Source of the DNA: Eledone cirrhosa
Taxonomy: Eukaryota
Direction of reading: 5' to 3'
Length of the DNA stretch: 64,000 nucleotides
Assembly (NCBI GenBank): GCA_964016885.1
Contig: OZ024742.1
Coordinates: 21,576,001 to 21,640,000, forward strand
Shown here: piece by piece, positions 36,047 through 51,456 of the stretch
How positions within the stretch are numbered: the first letter of the stretch is position 1
Layout: each line of letters opens with the position of its first letter
Program-made: the position numbers and the translations under genes
The notes under the pieces: generated by a model
Databases searched by the model: none
The model's input: only the letters and a program-made list of their open reading frames with translations
What the model was told of the DNA's origin: nothing

Positions 36047-37588
36047 ACGAGCGTGCGTGTGTGGGTGTTTGTATGTGTTGATTCTTGTATTATTTAAGAA
36101 CGCCTTGCTAACGTGATTTCATTAACATAAAGAATTAAAGAATTAAAGCAACCGTTCAGCTTACCCAATATGAACATGCCACACTCAGCACAGTATCTCT
36201 ACAATTATGTATGGACTATAATGTGATCTACATACACAACTGCCTGTGTATATATATATAGTTACGCTCACCGCATACACACACAATAACACCCATACCC
36301 ATACCCTAATTTCTAGTGATCACAAGAGGGACCCACCCGAAGTACAACGTAAAAGCCTCACTTTCGGAGAAGCACCTATCTACAATTAGTTTGACCCTGT
36401 TCATGTTATAGAATGCGGAAGTTTGAGGAATAAGGGATATATGGGCGTGGCGAAAGACAACTTCATACAAATGTTTTAGTCACATATCTCGTATGTTAGA
36501 CATGCTGAGATGAAAACAGTTATGGCCCTTGCGAAACGAGTCTGGTAATTGAACGACAAAGGTATTTACTCCCCATGTAATGGAGAATTCTAAAAAGATC
36601 ATGACCATGTATTGTCGGTTCATTTATTAGTACTCTTTGTACCAGGAAAAATCAGAATCTCATAAGATTTAAATTATCAAAATAACATTAAAATCTAAAT
36701 ATGGAGTGTTAAGAGCTGTTTACAACTTAGAAACGTAATTACTCTCATCATGGAAATATCAGCCCTATTTCAAATTTAGTGGTACCGCAAAGGAATAAAC
36801 AAATATTTAAAGGAAACCCACATGTATCTCATTTATACAATTACTCTATTAGTGGAAGATATAAGATCATTCTTAAAACATTTTTAATCTTCTGGACATC
36901 TTGTCTCCCAAGAGATTCGATTGAAATTCGTCAGATAGCTATTACAGTGTCCCAGTCACTATACACATCAAACAGTGAACTCGACTCAGAATGGCTAACA
37001 GTTTAAGAAGTCCGTTTTCCAATCATTCTGTCGGATGTTGGACATTATTATATCTTGGACAGGTATCATTCACCATAGCCTTAATTTGTATCAAACATTT
37101 ATATATAAATTGATTAGATTAACAGAAACTAACGGAATTCTGTAATTTAAAAGGCAAACCTTGTCACATATTGGGTCACGCTTAATATCCCAGAGAATTA
37201 CATTCAGGGCACACGTGTCAGTGGAACCCATATTGACTGAAACGTCAATTTCATAAAATAAAGCTATTGTATTGACCGGACAGTGGAAACAGTCATCGTT
37301 GCAACCGATGGAGATCCATTGACCAGATAATAAAAATGATATGAACGCAAAATGACAAAAATACGAGAATATAATCAAATCGATGGCACATTTGTGCCAA
37401 CGGAAAAGTGAAGTTTCATGTAATTACCATGTCTGCTATTCACAGGAAGTATAAATTCGTATGTTTATCGAAAAAATATATATTACATTACGTTTTAAAA
37501 AAATACTCTAAAGTACATTATCGATATACATACATATACAAACATATTCTCTCCTCCCCCCTCTCTCCCTCTCTCTCTCTCACTCTCA

Positions 37589-37730
<142 letters not shown>

Positions 37731-37733
37731 TGA

Positions 37734-37865
37734 ACGATTAAATGAACACTGGCGAGAGCTTAAAGATAGAAAAGAGTCATCAGTACTCCACCAAGATGTT
37801 AAAATAGAACATAAGGGCAAATTAGAGAACATAGAAATAAAAATAAAATCTACACACACAAAAGA
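37734..37865 (+). mobile_element. Diverged GIY-YIG fragment of family B
   Basis: ERLNEHWRELKDRKESSVLHQDVKIEHKGKLENIEIKI, compared with 29720-29850. Confidence 0.88.
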
Positions 37866-37997
37866 GACAATATATATAAATTCCTTTTCACCAAATCGTC
37901 TTCGCTTACCATTGTTCTCTATATCTACCACAAATTGTTCCCCGAACCAATTCTATTTTACATGTTACCTTTCATTACATTAATTTCGATGCATGTG

Positions 37998-38058
<61 letters not shown>

Positions 38059-38139
38059 TATAATTATGGCCAGTACGGAAATGGTGTTGCTCTATAACTT
38101 GGATATATTTACCTACCCATTACTACACTATATATATAT

Positions 38140-38170
<31 letters not shown>

Positions 38171-38199
38171 GATATATATGTATATATATAGGTATCTTG

Positions 38200-38365
38200 T
38201 TCCGGGTTGAATCGGAGGTAATCACAGTAAGTAAGGTACTCAATACATAGCAGAGTATAAAAGTTTAATATAGATGAGATTCTACAGGACTAGAACTGTT
38301 TCATTCCTGATGATTTCTCAAGAATGAAACAGTTCTAGCCCTGTAAAATCTTATCTATATTAAAA
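38200..38365. mobile_element. Family D fold-back fragment with HHR core at 38307-38345
   Basis: Homologous to 17705-17893. Inversion at about 38306, directly before CTGATGA. Confidence 0.8.
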
Positions 38366-38369
38366 CTAT

Positions 38370-38482
<113 letters not shown>

Positions 38483-38512
38483 ATTCATATATATATATAT
38501 ATATATATGTAA

Positions 38513-38619
<107 letters not shown>

Positions 38620-38742
38620 GTATATATGTTTTAGTTGCAATTGACTAATAAAATCGTTAGAATGAAATATCTTAATTCAAATACATATAGTTTGCCTGTA
38701 AATGACCCCATTGAGTGTAAACTGTAAGTTATATTATATATG

Positions 38743-38793
<51 letters not shown>

Positions 38794-38802
38794 GTATATA
38801 TG

Positions 38803-38917
<115 letters not shown>

Positions 38918-38954
38918 ATATATGTATATATATATATACACATCTATATACATA

Positions 38955-39015
<61 letters not shown>

Positions 39016-39346
39016 TCTGTTTATGTGTGTGCATGTGTATATGTGTGGGTGTGTATGCATATGAGAGACTGTAAGCAATTTACGTACGACGCTCCAAGTA
39101 GTTGTTTCTGTACCTAGATTAGATAACTTCAATTATATGTTGTATTATTAAATAGAGATATATTTCTACCGAGGGAGAAAATAAGGAACAACCCGCCCAC
39201 GTGAAAGATCATGTAGTTATACATTTCATTATATGCACAAACACCCACAACCACACACACATAAATATGCAAATATACACATACTGTCGCTTGCACACTT
39301 CCACATACATACACATTACATTTGTACATACATTTATATACACATT

Positions 39347-39384
<38 letters not shown>

Positions 39385-39430
39385 CATATATATATGTATA
39401 TATATATATATATATATATACATATCTATG

Positions 39431-39461
<31 letters not shown>

Positions 39462-39510
39462 GTGTATAGATAAATATATATATTTATATATATGTGTGTG
39501 TGTCTACATG

Positions 39511-39570
<60 letters not shown>

Positions 39571-39577
39571 CATACGT

Positions 39578-39667
<90 letters not shown>

Positions 39668-39963
39668 TATCTCTTTATAAAATATTTACGTTTATTGTCG
39701 AGTAACGATATCAAAAATTATTGTTTACGCTCCCCTCTGACTACCTCTCTATCCTTCCCTTTGTGTCATGTAAATTAAATATTCGCGTACTATTTAATTA
39801 TCACCGGCAAACTATCTTGTATATTGATATATTGATGAATAACATCTCTCTCTGTCGCTCTTTTGAAATCAGAAATAGAATAGCTTTCACCGTATTTTTT
39901 ATACACACACACATATATATATATATAAATATATATATAGATATATATATATATATATACATG

Positions 39964-40062
<99 letters not shown>

Positions 40063-40601
40063 TATACATAAATACATATATACATACGTATATATATATA
40101 TATGTATTTTGTGTGTGTGTAGATATATATATATATACCTAAATTCTCATATATTTCGCATTTAAATATATATATATACATATATATATTTGTGTGTGTG
40201 TGTGCGTGTGTGTATGTGTGTGTGTGTGTAAAGGCAAATTAAATGAGAATTTGGTACACACATACAAAGTCGAAAACACTTTTCAACTTTGAGAGTTTTT
40301 TTCTATTCAACCAACATCGGAATATTTCTGGTCCGACAAAATGACCTTATGTTGAAACTGCCTCAAAACCACACACACACGCACACACACGCTTTGTCAA
40401 CTGTAAACTCTCTCTGTCATTTATTTTTTTAATATTTCATGAAACATCCCAGTAGATATTTGACGTTCAAGGTCACATCTGTTAACACTGAGAGTCAAGA
40501 GACTCCTTTCGTTATATGTGAACCGTTTCACTCTAATGATAAAATGTGCGACACACTTTGAAAGGAATATATAGTGATGATTTTAGTAGGCATTATATTA
40601 A

Positions 40602-40793
40602 GGGCGGTGGATTGGCAGTATCGGTAGAGAGTCGGACACTATGCTTTGCAGCAAAGCGTTACGGCCCTTTATGGTCTGAGTTCATATCCTGCCGAGTTTA
40701 ACTTTGCGTTTCATCCTCACGGGGTCGATAAAATAAAGTACCAGTAACGTACTGGAATAATTGCTGGCCTTCTGCCAAATTTAGAAACCATTA
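40602..40793 (+). mobile_element. Full-length tRNA-derived SINE
   Basis: A box, B-box-like gagttcatatcc and shared 3' body. Confidence 0.88.
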
Positions 40794-41099
40794 TCTTGCA
40801 GGCTTTTGGTGACCTTGCAACATAAAATCTGGTGGTCAAGTCTCATTGCTTTGGAGGAGCTTCATGTGTCCTTAAACTGATTGGTTCAATTGGTTACTGT
40901 TTTGTTCCAGCAATCTACCAAGTGTAGAACGATGTTATTAGTAGTGCCGTCAGTTTATACCAGATACGGTATGGAAACATGGTATCTTTGAAATGTAAAT
41001 CACAAGTGGTGCAAACGATTATCGTGCCGATTGTATATCAACTATTGACTACCGTTTGGTTTCATTGGAGTAACTGATTTTTCGCTTATTCTTTAAAGA

Positions 41100-41950
41100 G
41101 AACTGTTCAACTTAATACGCAATCCCTTTGTTGTTAACGTCTCGTTTTGGCAATGCAGCAAGGAATTAAAAATGCGTTTCCATAAAACCAAGTGTGCATC
41201 AGTGTCAATTCAAAATTAGGTTAGAGTATGTAAGCACCAAAATCATTACTGATTTCTTGCTTAACTTCAGCTACTTGATATATCCAATGATTGACATATT
41301 ACTAAGGGCAAAACGATATAAAATCTCTCTTACAAACTGTTCGCAGATTGGAGTTTTCTTCACATATTCTTATGCATTCGAAACCAAATATTCTAAGATA
41401 GATGATATTCTTTCTTTACATGATTTATGTGTGGCTATATATTTTCAATTATATAAAACATATGCTGTAGAAAGCTTTTCCAATCGTCTTGTCAGATAAG
41501 AGATGCATCTAAATGATACAGTTTTCCAATTTCCTTTGAGTGAAATATATCTTTGTGTTATTAATATTGATACATTTCCTTATTGGCATGATTATATCTC
41601 GTCTATTATTTCATACAACACAGTACAATCTATTATAAATGTTTGACCATTGCTTTCGTCATAATGCGTTTTCTTTTTGAACTCATCCTTCATAATAGGG
41701 CTTCTTATTTTTCTAATTTCCTTGTATTGCCACTGTTAAGGTTGTTACTGCTGTTATTTTCACATGTATCTCTAATAGAATTATTCATTGTATTGTCAAT
41801 GTTTATATTAGTGTAATTGTTAATATCCTAATTATTGCTGGTATTCAAGCAATTGTTTCCAATATACAATTTCTTTGCATTATTCTGTTTCTTCTTTGAG
41901 AAAAGAAGTTATTGACAATATCATGGAATTACTTTTTAAGGTCCCCACTC
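41100..41950 (-). mobile_element. Possible heavily decayed LINE RT
   Basis: Scattered FLKEE..C, IRKIRS and GKAFYS in the order expected for LINE RT motifs, with many stops. Confidence 0.25.
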
Positions 41951-43130
41951 ACCTTAGTAACGTTCAAATGAATCTTATATTAAATATCACAAGAAAAGAA
42001 AACAAAATCCCTTATGAAGTTATTCAATACCTACATTATGTTTTATCTTCCTCAATTCTCAGAAAGAGAAGGGGTATGTCCATCACCATTTAAATGTTTT
42101 CCTGGACTGGTGGCTGTTTAGGAGCCACACATAAGACATTGATTTGATCCATGTGTTTTAAATTGTATGGAGTCTGATAAAGAAACCCCGCTGGGGCCAC
42201 ATGGTGGAGGTAAATCGAGTAACAGGTTTAATGTTCTTCCCCAGTAGATTACGGAATGATTTGAACTCAAAGGGCCGGAACATAAATGTAAATCATATGC
42301 TGTAGGGCTCTAAAAACTCCATCAAACCTCTACTCAAAAGGGAAGAACGGCTAAGTTGACTTCGGCATGATTTGATCTCAGGATGCTGAGCGCTGAAACA
42401 AACACCACATATCATTTTGTTTTACGCTTTACGGTCTATCACCTTGAGGAATAGTGAAACCAAGTAAAGTCATAATTTAAGTAAATCCCATTAAATTGAA
42501 GACCTTGTTCATGCAAATATTAGCATCATATCTCCTGCAGAGTAATTTGTTGTTTTTTTACCAAGTCCACAACCAGTAATACTGTAAAACGTTTCGAACC
42601 TGTAGTAGTTTAACTGGTTGCCAACTAACATATCATAGTAACTTCACCACAAAGAAAATCCTAATCTGTTACAGTTTCTTCAATATACTTCAATGCTAAT
42701 CAACTAACGTTATTTTCCCTCGAACATGACAAATATATCGCGTAGAAATTCGATATTTTATCTTTATTTAACGACAGCCGTGCTACTGTGTCCATTAATA
42801 GGGAATATATATGTATATATCGATGAGCGAGGAACAGATAATCAATTGATGTTTGTTTAGATTTTCGGCATTTATTTAAACAAATATTAATTATATTTGG
42901 TTTACGATTTAAAAGCTAGTTATTTCGCCGCGGACACAAACCTCTCCAGGGAGTAATATATTTCTTCTATTGGGTTACAAAAGGCACGTAAATAATGATG
43001 TAAACACACACACACAGACACACACAGAACACAGATATATGTATATATGTGTGTGTGTCTGTGTGACTATGTGTATGTATGTGTGTAAATTATTATTCAC
43101 GTGCCTTTATATGTATATGTATATATATAC

Positions 43131-43194
<64 letters not shown>

Positions 43195-43586
43195 GTGTGT
43201 GTGTGAGTGTAGATAGATAGATAGAGAGAAACACTGAAAAGTAGATAAATATGTGTTTGTGTTTCTGCATTTGATATTGGGGGGGGGGGGCTGTGTGGGC
43301 GTGTGATCAGAGTGTAGAGGAAGTCTTTCTTTCTTTCTATACGTATGTATGTATATGGTTCAAGGTATTCAATTAAAGAATAAATATACGTTATATATTT
43401 GTATTTTAGTTCCACGTGTACATAATTTTCGACAAGTAATAATGTTTGCTTTCAGCAAAATGTATGTGTTCAAACACACGTGCATGTATATATATATTTA
43501 GATATACGTATATATATTTATAAACATATTGATATTTATTTATATATAAGTGTGTATGTATATTATACATGTATATATAGGTATGT

Positions 43587-43735
<149 letters not shown>

Positions 43736-45183
43736 GTGTGTGTATATATATGTATGTATTTATATATCTATAATGAAAGAGAGGTAAATATATAAATCAC
43801 CTATATTTCTATTCCTATATGTATATATAATCATATCCAGTGTTAAACATGAAATATATATTTACACATATATGCACATGAGTTTGTGTGAACGCTGTAC
43901 ATTTTCCCTTCTGTGTCTGTTTATATCTAAATATTAATGAAATATATATGACGTGAATGCGTGTGATATTCACCAGAAAAGATAATTTCTCAAAACCCAT
44001 ACAAATGGTGGAATAGAGATATTCTTATTTATGTGTACATACACATACATACGCACACATGAGAAGAAATCTCAAACAATGAAAACCCTCTTACCTTGGT
44101 TGTGGTCCTCTGGGATGTGTGCTACAGTGACTAAGGGAGCAGTAAAATAATGAATAAAACGAGTTCTGTTGTTTACTGTCTTGAGGCAAACATTTATGTC
44201 ATTTCTGTGCTATCAACAGTTTCATAAAATTTGGATGGTTCTACACAAGGCTTCACCATTTAAAACAAATCATCAGTGTGGCTATTCTAACAACTAAAAT
44301 TAGTTTAGTTCCACACAGCTTATTGCGCCACCTTTATCTTCGGTATGTTTACTTATGGGTGTCCTAGTGATGCCAGACCTTCTGTTACTTGGATGGTCAA
44401 TAGAGGTGTGTGGTGGCTATGGAGATGATGTTTTCATGCTAGACGTAATGACTTGAGATGCCTGTCACACACATACACAGGAGCCAGATGGAAATATGGA
44501 GTTGTGTATCGGATGTCCTCGGTTAGTGATTTATGGAGCTGGCTTCTCCAGAAGGCTCCGCTCAATGCTGGGATATTTTTTCTAGGGTGTGACCTCTACC
44601 AGAGGGTGGATTTAATGAGGGGAGGATGTAGGGGCACCACCAGCGACTGCTGACTACTTTATTTGTGCCGTAAGCTGGGTCTTTTAGTTTTACGATGGTT
44701 AGAAATTTTGAATTTAATACCTGAATGTATAACTTTCCAGTTCCAATTATTTGCGCCAAGGTCACCTTGATATCTAAAATTGAGAGGGGGGGGGGGGCTG
44801 TGTATTCTAATTTTTTGTGTATAAGGGTCCCCGCAATACTGAAGTGCCTCGCTTCCCCAAGTCCTATATACAAACCTAGCTCGAACGTATGAAAAGTGAC
44901 AGAACATTATACATATAAACATATAATACATTTTATATCAAATATGGTAAATTACTTGCTATAAGAGCTTTACTTAGTAACTGTTCGCAACTACGCTACG
45001 TATAGTGCTCTGTGTCAGATACTGATTGTAGCCGGTAAAACATATTTAAGTACATATATATGGGGGGGGGGGGGGCGTGATATAGGGTGTACGGGTATAA
45101 TATATATATATATATATAGGATAACAAGGTACCGTTTATTGTACAGCCGACCATGTTATTCATCATTTAAAATATTTATATTT

Positions 45184-45217
<34 letters not shown>

Positions 45218-45220
<3 letters not shown>

Positions 45221-46232
45221 TAGCAGCAGTACCCAGCGTTGCCTAGGTAGGTGAAATAATATCTGCTTTGATGAAAAGGTGTTGATCTTAGCGACTGCTT
45301 CTCGATGACTCATCTATGGCCACACACAGGCCATCCGGGAGAGGGGGGTGATGACCTCTATCACTGAGAAATGCGGGTGACTGACGAAGGGGCATGCTGG
45401 GGGAGGGCGGTAATGACCTCTAACACTGAGCCAAATTTCCTCACGCTACTTGATTGGAAAGCGATGAATTCTCAAATACACAACTAAAAGCTCAGACGAC
45501 GTCAGTGGCCATCGTTTTGCCTTCGACCATCTATAAGATGTGCAATGGTAGGTTCTATCGTAGTATAAAAGTTGAACCAAATAAATTGATTTATGTGTGA
45601 TGTGAGACCGAAGTTTAGAATTTGAACGAAATCGGTTGAAAAATGTGGAAGCTAGAGCGGAAAAGGCGGAAATTTGAGCGAAAAAGTGGTATTTTCTAAT
45701 ATTTAAGCGGCTGCCACGCCGTTCCTGATCAAATAAATCCAAAATTTAAAGCCACTATAAGATGTGAAATAATCAGATCTAGCGTAGTGTAAAATTTGAA
45801 CAAAGTAGGTTGATTAATGTGGGAGTTAGAGCCGAAAAACTGGAAATTTGAGTCTAAAAGTGGTATTTTTGAATATTTAAGCGGCTGCTACGCTGTCCAT
45901 GAACAACAAATTCAACATATATAGGCATTAGATGATGTGCAATGATAAATTCGATTTTGCTTTAAAATTTGAACGAAATCGGTGGCAAAATGTGGGAGCT
46001 AGAGCCAAACATTTTATTTTTCGATACCTAAAAAAAGGTGACCGCCTATCGATTTTTATCTGCAGAATGACCCCGGAATAAAAGAAATGATACGCTGATA
46101 TATCGAAAACATTCCCCGATGACTAATCTATGCGCCTGTAAAGTTTCATGAAAATCGGTCGTAAGATGTAGGCCCCTATAGGTAATACACAGACACACAC
46201 ACACACACATACTTAATTTTATATATATACAG

Positions 46233-46234
<2 letters not shown>
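45218..46234 (+). mobile_element. Non-autonomous Helentron/HINE (DINE-1-like) element
   Basis: Starts tACTAGc..acccagcgttgcctaggt. About three internal ~173-bp repeats (45619, 45791, 45964). 3' aagtttcatgaaaatcgg, (CA)n, ttttatatatatacagat. Confidence 0.65.
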
Positions 46235-46268
<34 letters not shown>

Positions 46269-46273
46269 ATATG

Positions 46274-46309
<36 letters not shown>

Positions 46310-49157
46310 AAGAGAGAGATGGAGAGAGAGAATGGCATATGCATGTGGTGATATGTTGTGCATATATGTATATGTGAGTGTGTGTGCAAATATATGTGTG
46401 CTTACATGGTTATATACACATGAAGGATGTCATTTTAAAATATAGATGCACCGTTTGGATTTTAGAAAGATCGGAATCATGTTAGTGTGCAGACACATAA
46501 TCTAAACTAATGGTGCTATTAAACTTTATTATATCATTGAAGAATATTCTAATATCATTCAACGAATATGACATGAAGCAGTTAATATTGAAATTAGAAG
46601 ACGTTGTCATGCGATGAAGTTGGATTGTTTGTTTTCCCAATTACAACACATTCACCGGCCCTTAACATTTTACCATTATGCACATGTATTTCTCTGTCAC
46701 ACAAGCACAAATGCATTAAGCTGAGTGAATACGCTGAAGGTGAAATATTAGAAATGACAAGTGGCTTAAAATGTTGCTTTCCAGGATAAAGCTAATTACA
46801 ATTTCAAAAATATTTATAAATCAAAGTAGAACTTTTGCATTCGTTAACAATACCATATAACAATATCTTTCAGAACACGATTAATTAATCCGCCGTGGGA
46901 TATTATAACTATCGTAAACAAAATCAATTTCGAAATCATAAAACTACAAACTACCGAAAATGGAATAATACAAATGCTGCAGTCAGCTGGTTCAACATTA
47001 TTAGCAAGAAAGTGATTGTATTTTAAATCAAGTCGATATTATAGAGTTTCATACATCCATCTCCAATCGCTTACTGACAAAGAGCCTGAAGATTTGCCAA
47101 TAAATGTTGCACTATAAATGATAGTGACATAAAACTAATACACACCAGATAATGTCACTGTTCGATAAAAGTTCTGCTTAGGTACAGACAATTAATATTT
47201 CTGGTACATTTGCCGTTAGTAAGGGTTCATTTGATAGCTCTGAGATATGCAAAGTTTTCTATTTTGGATTCCTTAAATGATAAGTGCAATCATTCGTTAC
47301 AAGTTTATAAAGAGACCATTGCACCAGCCCTCCCGCACCACACTTGCGGACAAAATTTTGATAAACGCAAAAAGATGTTTAACCGAAAGTTTCATTTGCT
47401 TCGGTCTCATAATCACAATATCTCTGAATATGAATATTTAATGTATTTTAGAATTTTCTTGATATTTAGGAACGAATGGATAGCAAGTATATAACACATA
47501 GGTTGAAGAAATCATGCACACTAATAAGAATTACCTTTCATCAATGGGGTTCAGCATATTTATTTTTAACATACCTGCATGTATCACTGATCAATCGCGA
47601 AACAAAAAACTTTTGATAAAACCAGATGAATCTTTAAAAAAAGCAATAATATGATACCCACCGCTTTAAAAAGAAAATAATATATAATACCACATTTAGC
47701 AATCAATAAAATAACTGAGACTGGATTTCCATTAAAAGGCCGGTATTTGAATTTATTTAAACATAGTTAAATCAGGGTAAGATACATTTGTTCAACCAAC
47801 ATCAATAATATCTCAGCAAGAAGACGTAGAAGCAGCAGAAAGGTTATCTAAATGGAGAGAAGTGACCGGTAGTGTTAGTAATATGTATGCCACTTGGATA
47901 CAGACTAAGATTTGATTAACCTCGGTTGGGTCACCAGGATGAGGCTGCAAGTTGTGAGACCCTGTATACTGGAGGATACATCACTAATCAAGCATCAAGG
48001 TTTTGCATCTGTGGATATTTCAAATCCTCTAAACGATCTATTATGACTAAAATAGGTTACAAGAAAATCTAAATGAAAAATTGAAGAATTAGTTTTTCTT
48101 CGAATGGAATAGCAACAGACACGCAAGAGTTTGATATGACGAAGTCAATTATTAATAGTAAAAATTTAATCGCCACAATACATTGCATCGTAATTAGATT
48201 CCAACCAAACTTTATCTCTCTGATAACAAAACAAATAAGATTAACTTTAATTTGTCTTTCTTTATATATTGGAAATTTAAAACAAAGAAATTAGCATTTA
48301 TAAAGTGTATTATAATGTTAAAATACTTTAGTTGTATTTGCATATTTAAATGAATGTAAGATAATTAATGAATTCTTGAGATATATGCGTATATATAGAT
48401 GAATTTAAATAGGGCATTTCCTTTTAGTAAATTTTCGTTTCATTAGAGTGAGCTGCGAAAACGTGGCAGGAATCCAATGTACCATAGTTCTATTATTTAT
48501 ATTTGTTTCATAATTAAAAGTCTATAATCTGGTTTTAAATACTATAGGTTATGTTGTCTTGCTGTAAAAGACAGATTACAGTTGTGCTACTGATTCAAAT
48601 GCTGGGTAAACACATTAGCTTTCATATATCCATGTTCGATGAAACATGTAGCAGTAACATACTGAATCCATTAAATCGGTTTTACACTGCCTCCAAACCA
48701 TGTGGCGCTGTTCAAATCTTATATGACATTATTACAGAAATATTACGGATAAAATTGTAGGAAAATGTAATTCGATTCAGTGTAGCGACAAAGCGAATGC
48801 CAAATCTACATCCTTTAAATTAATGCTAGTATAATTCATGAAATGAGTTACTTTACATTGCATGTCAATCAAAAATGGTGGATAGTTGAAACATGATGCG
48901 AAGAAATTATGGTTTAACGTATCTGTAATAAATCGGAAATAGTTTATTTAATGCCTTTAAGGAATTGAATTTAAGAAGCATTGGAATATAATGAAAGTAG
49001 TTAGTCTGTTGAGAAGAAATAAAATGTACACCTTCATGTTCACATGATTGCAATAGTTTTATTTTAAGAATTAATATATCACTTCTGTCTATCCAAACTT
49101 TGGTTTCCCTATAAATGTAATTACATTCATTTCCCGATTGAATATTTACTCACTCAC

Positions 49158-49342
<185 letters not shown>

Positions 49343-49445
49343 CAGGAATATATATATTTGTACATATAACTCACGCAGGCACAGGCATACCGGCACACAC
49401 ACACACATTCACACACACACAGACACACACACACACACATATATA

Positions 49446-49488
<43 letters not shown>

Positions 49489-50138
49489 TAAAAATAATTA
49501 TTTCCATATTGTATATACATGTTTCACCATCTATTTGAATATTCTAAATGGGATTTATGCTATCAGATATTGGAATCTTACATTCTTAAGTCGTTCGCCA
49601 AATGTATTATATGCCTGTTCTATGTGCAAATTTTTCTACTATTAACGACGTGCAATTATGTGCATCCTTCAATAGATGCAAACCAAAATGATATGTGTAC
49701 GACTCATATTTTGCGTTTGATGTAAAATGTTTTAGTTATCTTGGATTGCCTTAATCAAGCGGTTTCAGCCTCTAGATAAAGCAAATAGAAAAGGGCATGT
49801 AGTCATAAATTAACCGTTTTTTAAAGTGTTGATGATGAAATAATGTTTTACTAAGACAAGCTATAGTCTCCTTAGGATAAGGGGCCAGCGACTGTCGTAT
49901 GTTAGAAGTTGTTAAGCTTAGAACTAGAAGTGTGAAATCCGGTTGATTTAAGAAACTTAAGTTAAATTTGCAATTTGAAATGTATGAACTCCAAAATAAA
50001 TAATCTTAAAAACACTTGCTCTCTGTCTGAGAAATGTAGGGTTCGATTTCAGACGCTTCAGTCCAGTGTTCCCAGTCTCCATATGTATTTTCACATGTTA
50101 TTTATGATAATAGCATATCATTACTATTATTAATAGTA

Positions 50139-50247
50139 GGGCGGTGGATTGGCAGTATCGGACGCCATGCTTTGCATCATAGAGTTACGGCCCTTTATGA
50201 TCTGAGTTCAAATCCCGCCGAGGGTAACTTTGACTTTCATCCTTACG
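50139..50247 (+). mobile_element. Partial SINE
   Basis: gggcggtggattggcagtatcgg..gagttcaaatcccgccgagg. Confidence 0.85.
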
Positions 50248-50850
50248 AGAGAGAATGCACTATAAAATTGTTGGTGAATAAATGCAACACTTCTGTGATA
50301 AGTGCACGCATCTTTGAATGCAGATTCCGTGCTCTAAATGAACTTTCCCTTGCATGTCAGTCTGCTATAGACACCTCCAGAGAAATTTCACAAAATATAA
50401 ATGAAGAGAATAACAATTACAGTTCTTGAGTATCAACTTAGATGGAAATATCAGATTAAGATAAGGTGGACAGCCATACAGCCACATTTTAATACATACC
50501 TGAAGTTAATGATTTACTTAAAGTCATATATATATTATTAACGTATTTTTATACACTATCTATCCTTCTATATAGAATTACCTAAGCAAGAGGAAATTGA
50601 AAGCTCCTGTAGTTTTTGAGCCAAATATCTAACTATAAATCCCCTCTAGCAATCGCTGACACACGGTATAGAGATGTCTTTATATACTATCATAATCGGA
50701 ATATTTTATATTCTCGAGGCCCTTTCGAACATTCATTGGGAGATAGTTTTAAACTTAACTTTCAAAAGTACAGCAACATTCTACAACAAATTACGTAGGA
50801 AATGTTTTTCATAGTTATCTATCTATCTATATATCTATATATATGTCTAA

Positions 50851-50894
<44 letters not shown>

Positions 50895-51117
50895 CTCGTC
50901 TGTGTAAATGAGGTGATTATTCTCATTTGCATATGAAGCTGCACAAGTTGGCTCAACTTATAATAAAAAAGAAATAGGATTTCGCTTCAAGCATAGCTTT
51001 ATACAATATGTATAAATATTTCGTATCTCCAAAGAAATACAGTTTTAGGAAGCCGTAGCTATGCAAACACCGGGGTCTAACGCCCTCTGGTGATGTCCAG
51101 CAGAAGCAAGGGGGACA

Positions 51118-51161
51118 ACCGTCTATGCATTTCAGGCTTAACTGGACTTCGTCAGGACGGT
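51118..51161 (-). ncRNA. Type I hammerhead (322-nt unit)
   Basis: accgtc-CTGACGA-AGtC cagttaa GCCT-GAAA-TGCA-TA-gacggt. Confidence 0.82.
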
Positions 51162-51412
51162 CCCTCCAACTGCTTGCGACTCCTGGACTAGAAGACAGCT
51201 GAGAATATATACTTTTCTCGTCTGTGTAAATGAGGTGATTAATCTCATTTGCATATGAAGCTGCATAAGAAATCCTATTTCTTTTTTATTATAAGTTGAG
51301 CCAACTTATGCAGCTTCATATGCAAATGAGATTAATCACCTCATTTACACAGACGAGCATAGTATATATTCTCAGCTGTCTTCTAGTCCAGCAGTCGCAA
51401 GCAGTGGGAGGG

Positions 51413-51456
51413 ACCGTCCTGACGAAGGCCAGTTAAGCCTGAAATGCATAGACGGT
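51413..51456 (+). ncRNA. Type I hammerhead (322-nt unit)
   Basis: ACCGTC-CTGACGA-AGGC cagttaa GCCT-GAAA-TGCA-TA-GACGGT, with palindromic stem III ATGCAT. Confidence 0.9.

Noticed and set aside
36495-36550. Possible HHR (ctgagatga...GAAACGAGTC)
   Set aside because: The core spacing is wrong and no stem II can be formed.
37091-37378. Cys-containing 95-aa minus-strand ORF
   Set aside because: No family recognised and splice signals are weak, so it cannot be supported.
44092-44210. Strong minus-strand splice donor (AAG|GTAAGA) with an upstream open frame
   Set aside because: No convincing acceptor or homology. Needs RNA-seq.
44600-44885. Possible hAT-type MITE
   Set aside because: Terminal inverted repeats are too degenerate and no TSD was seen.
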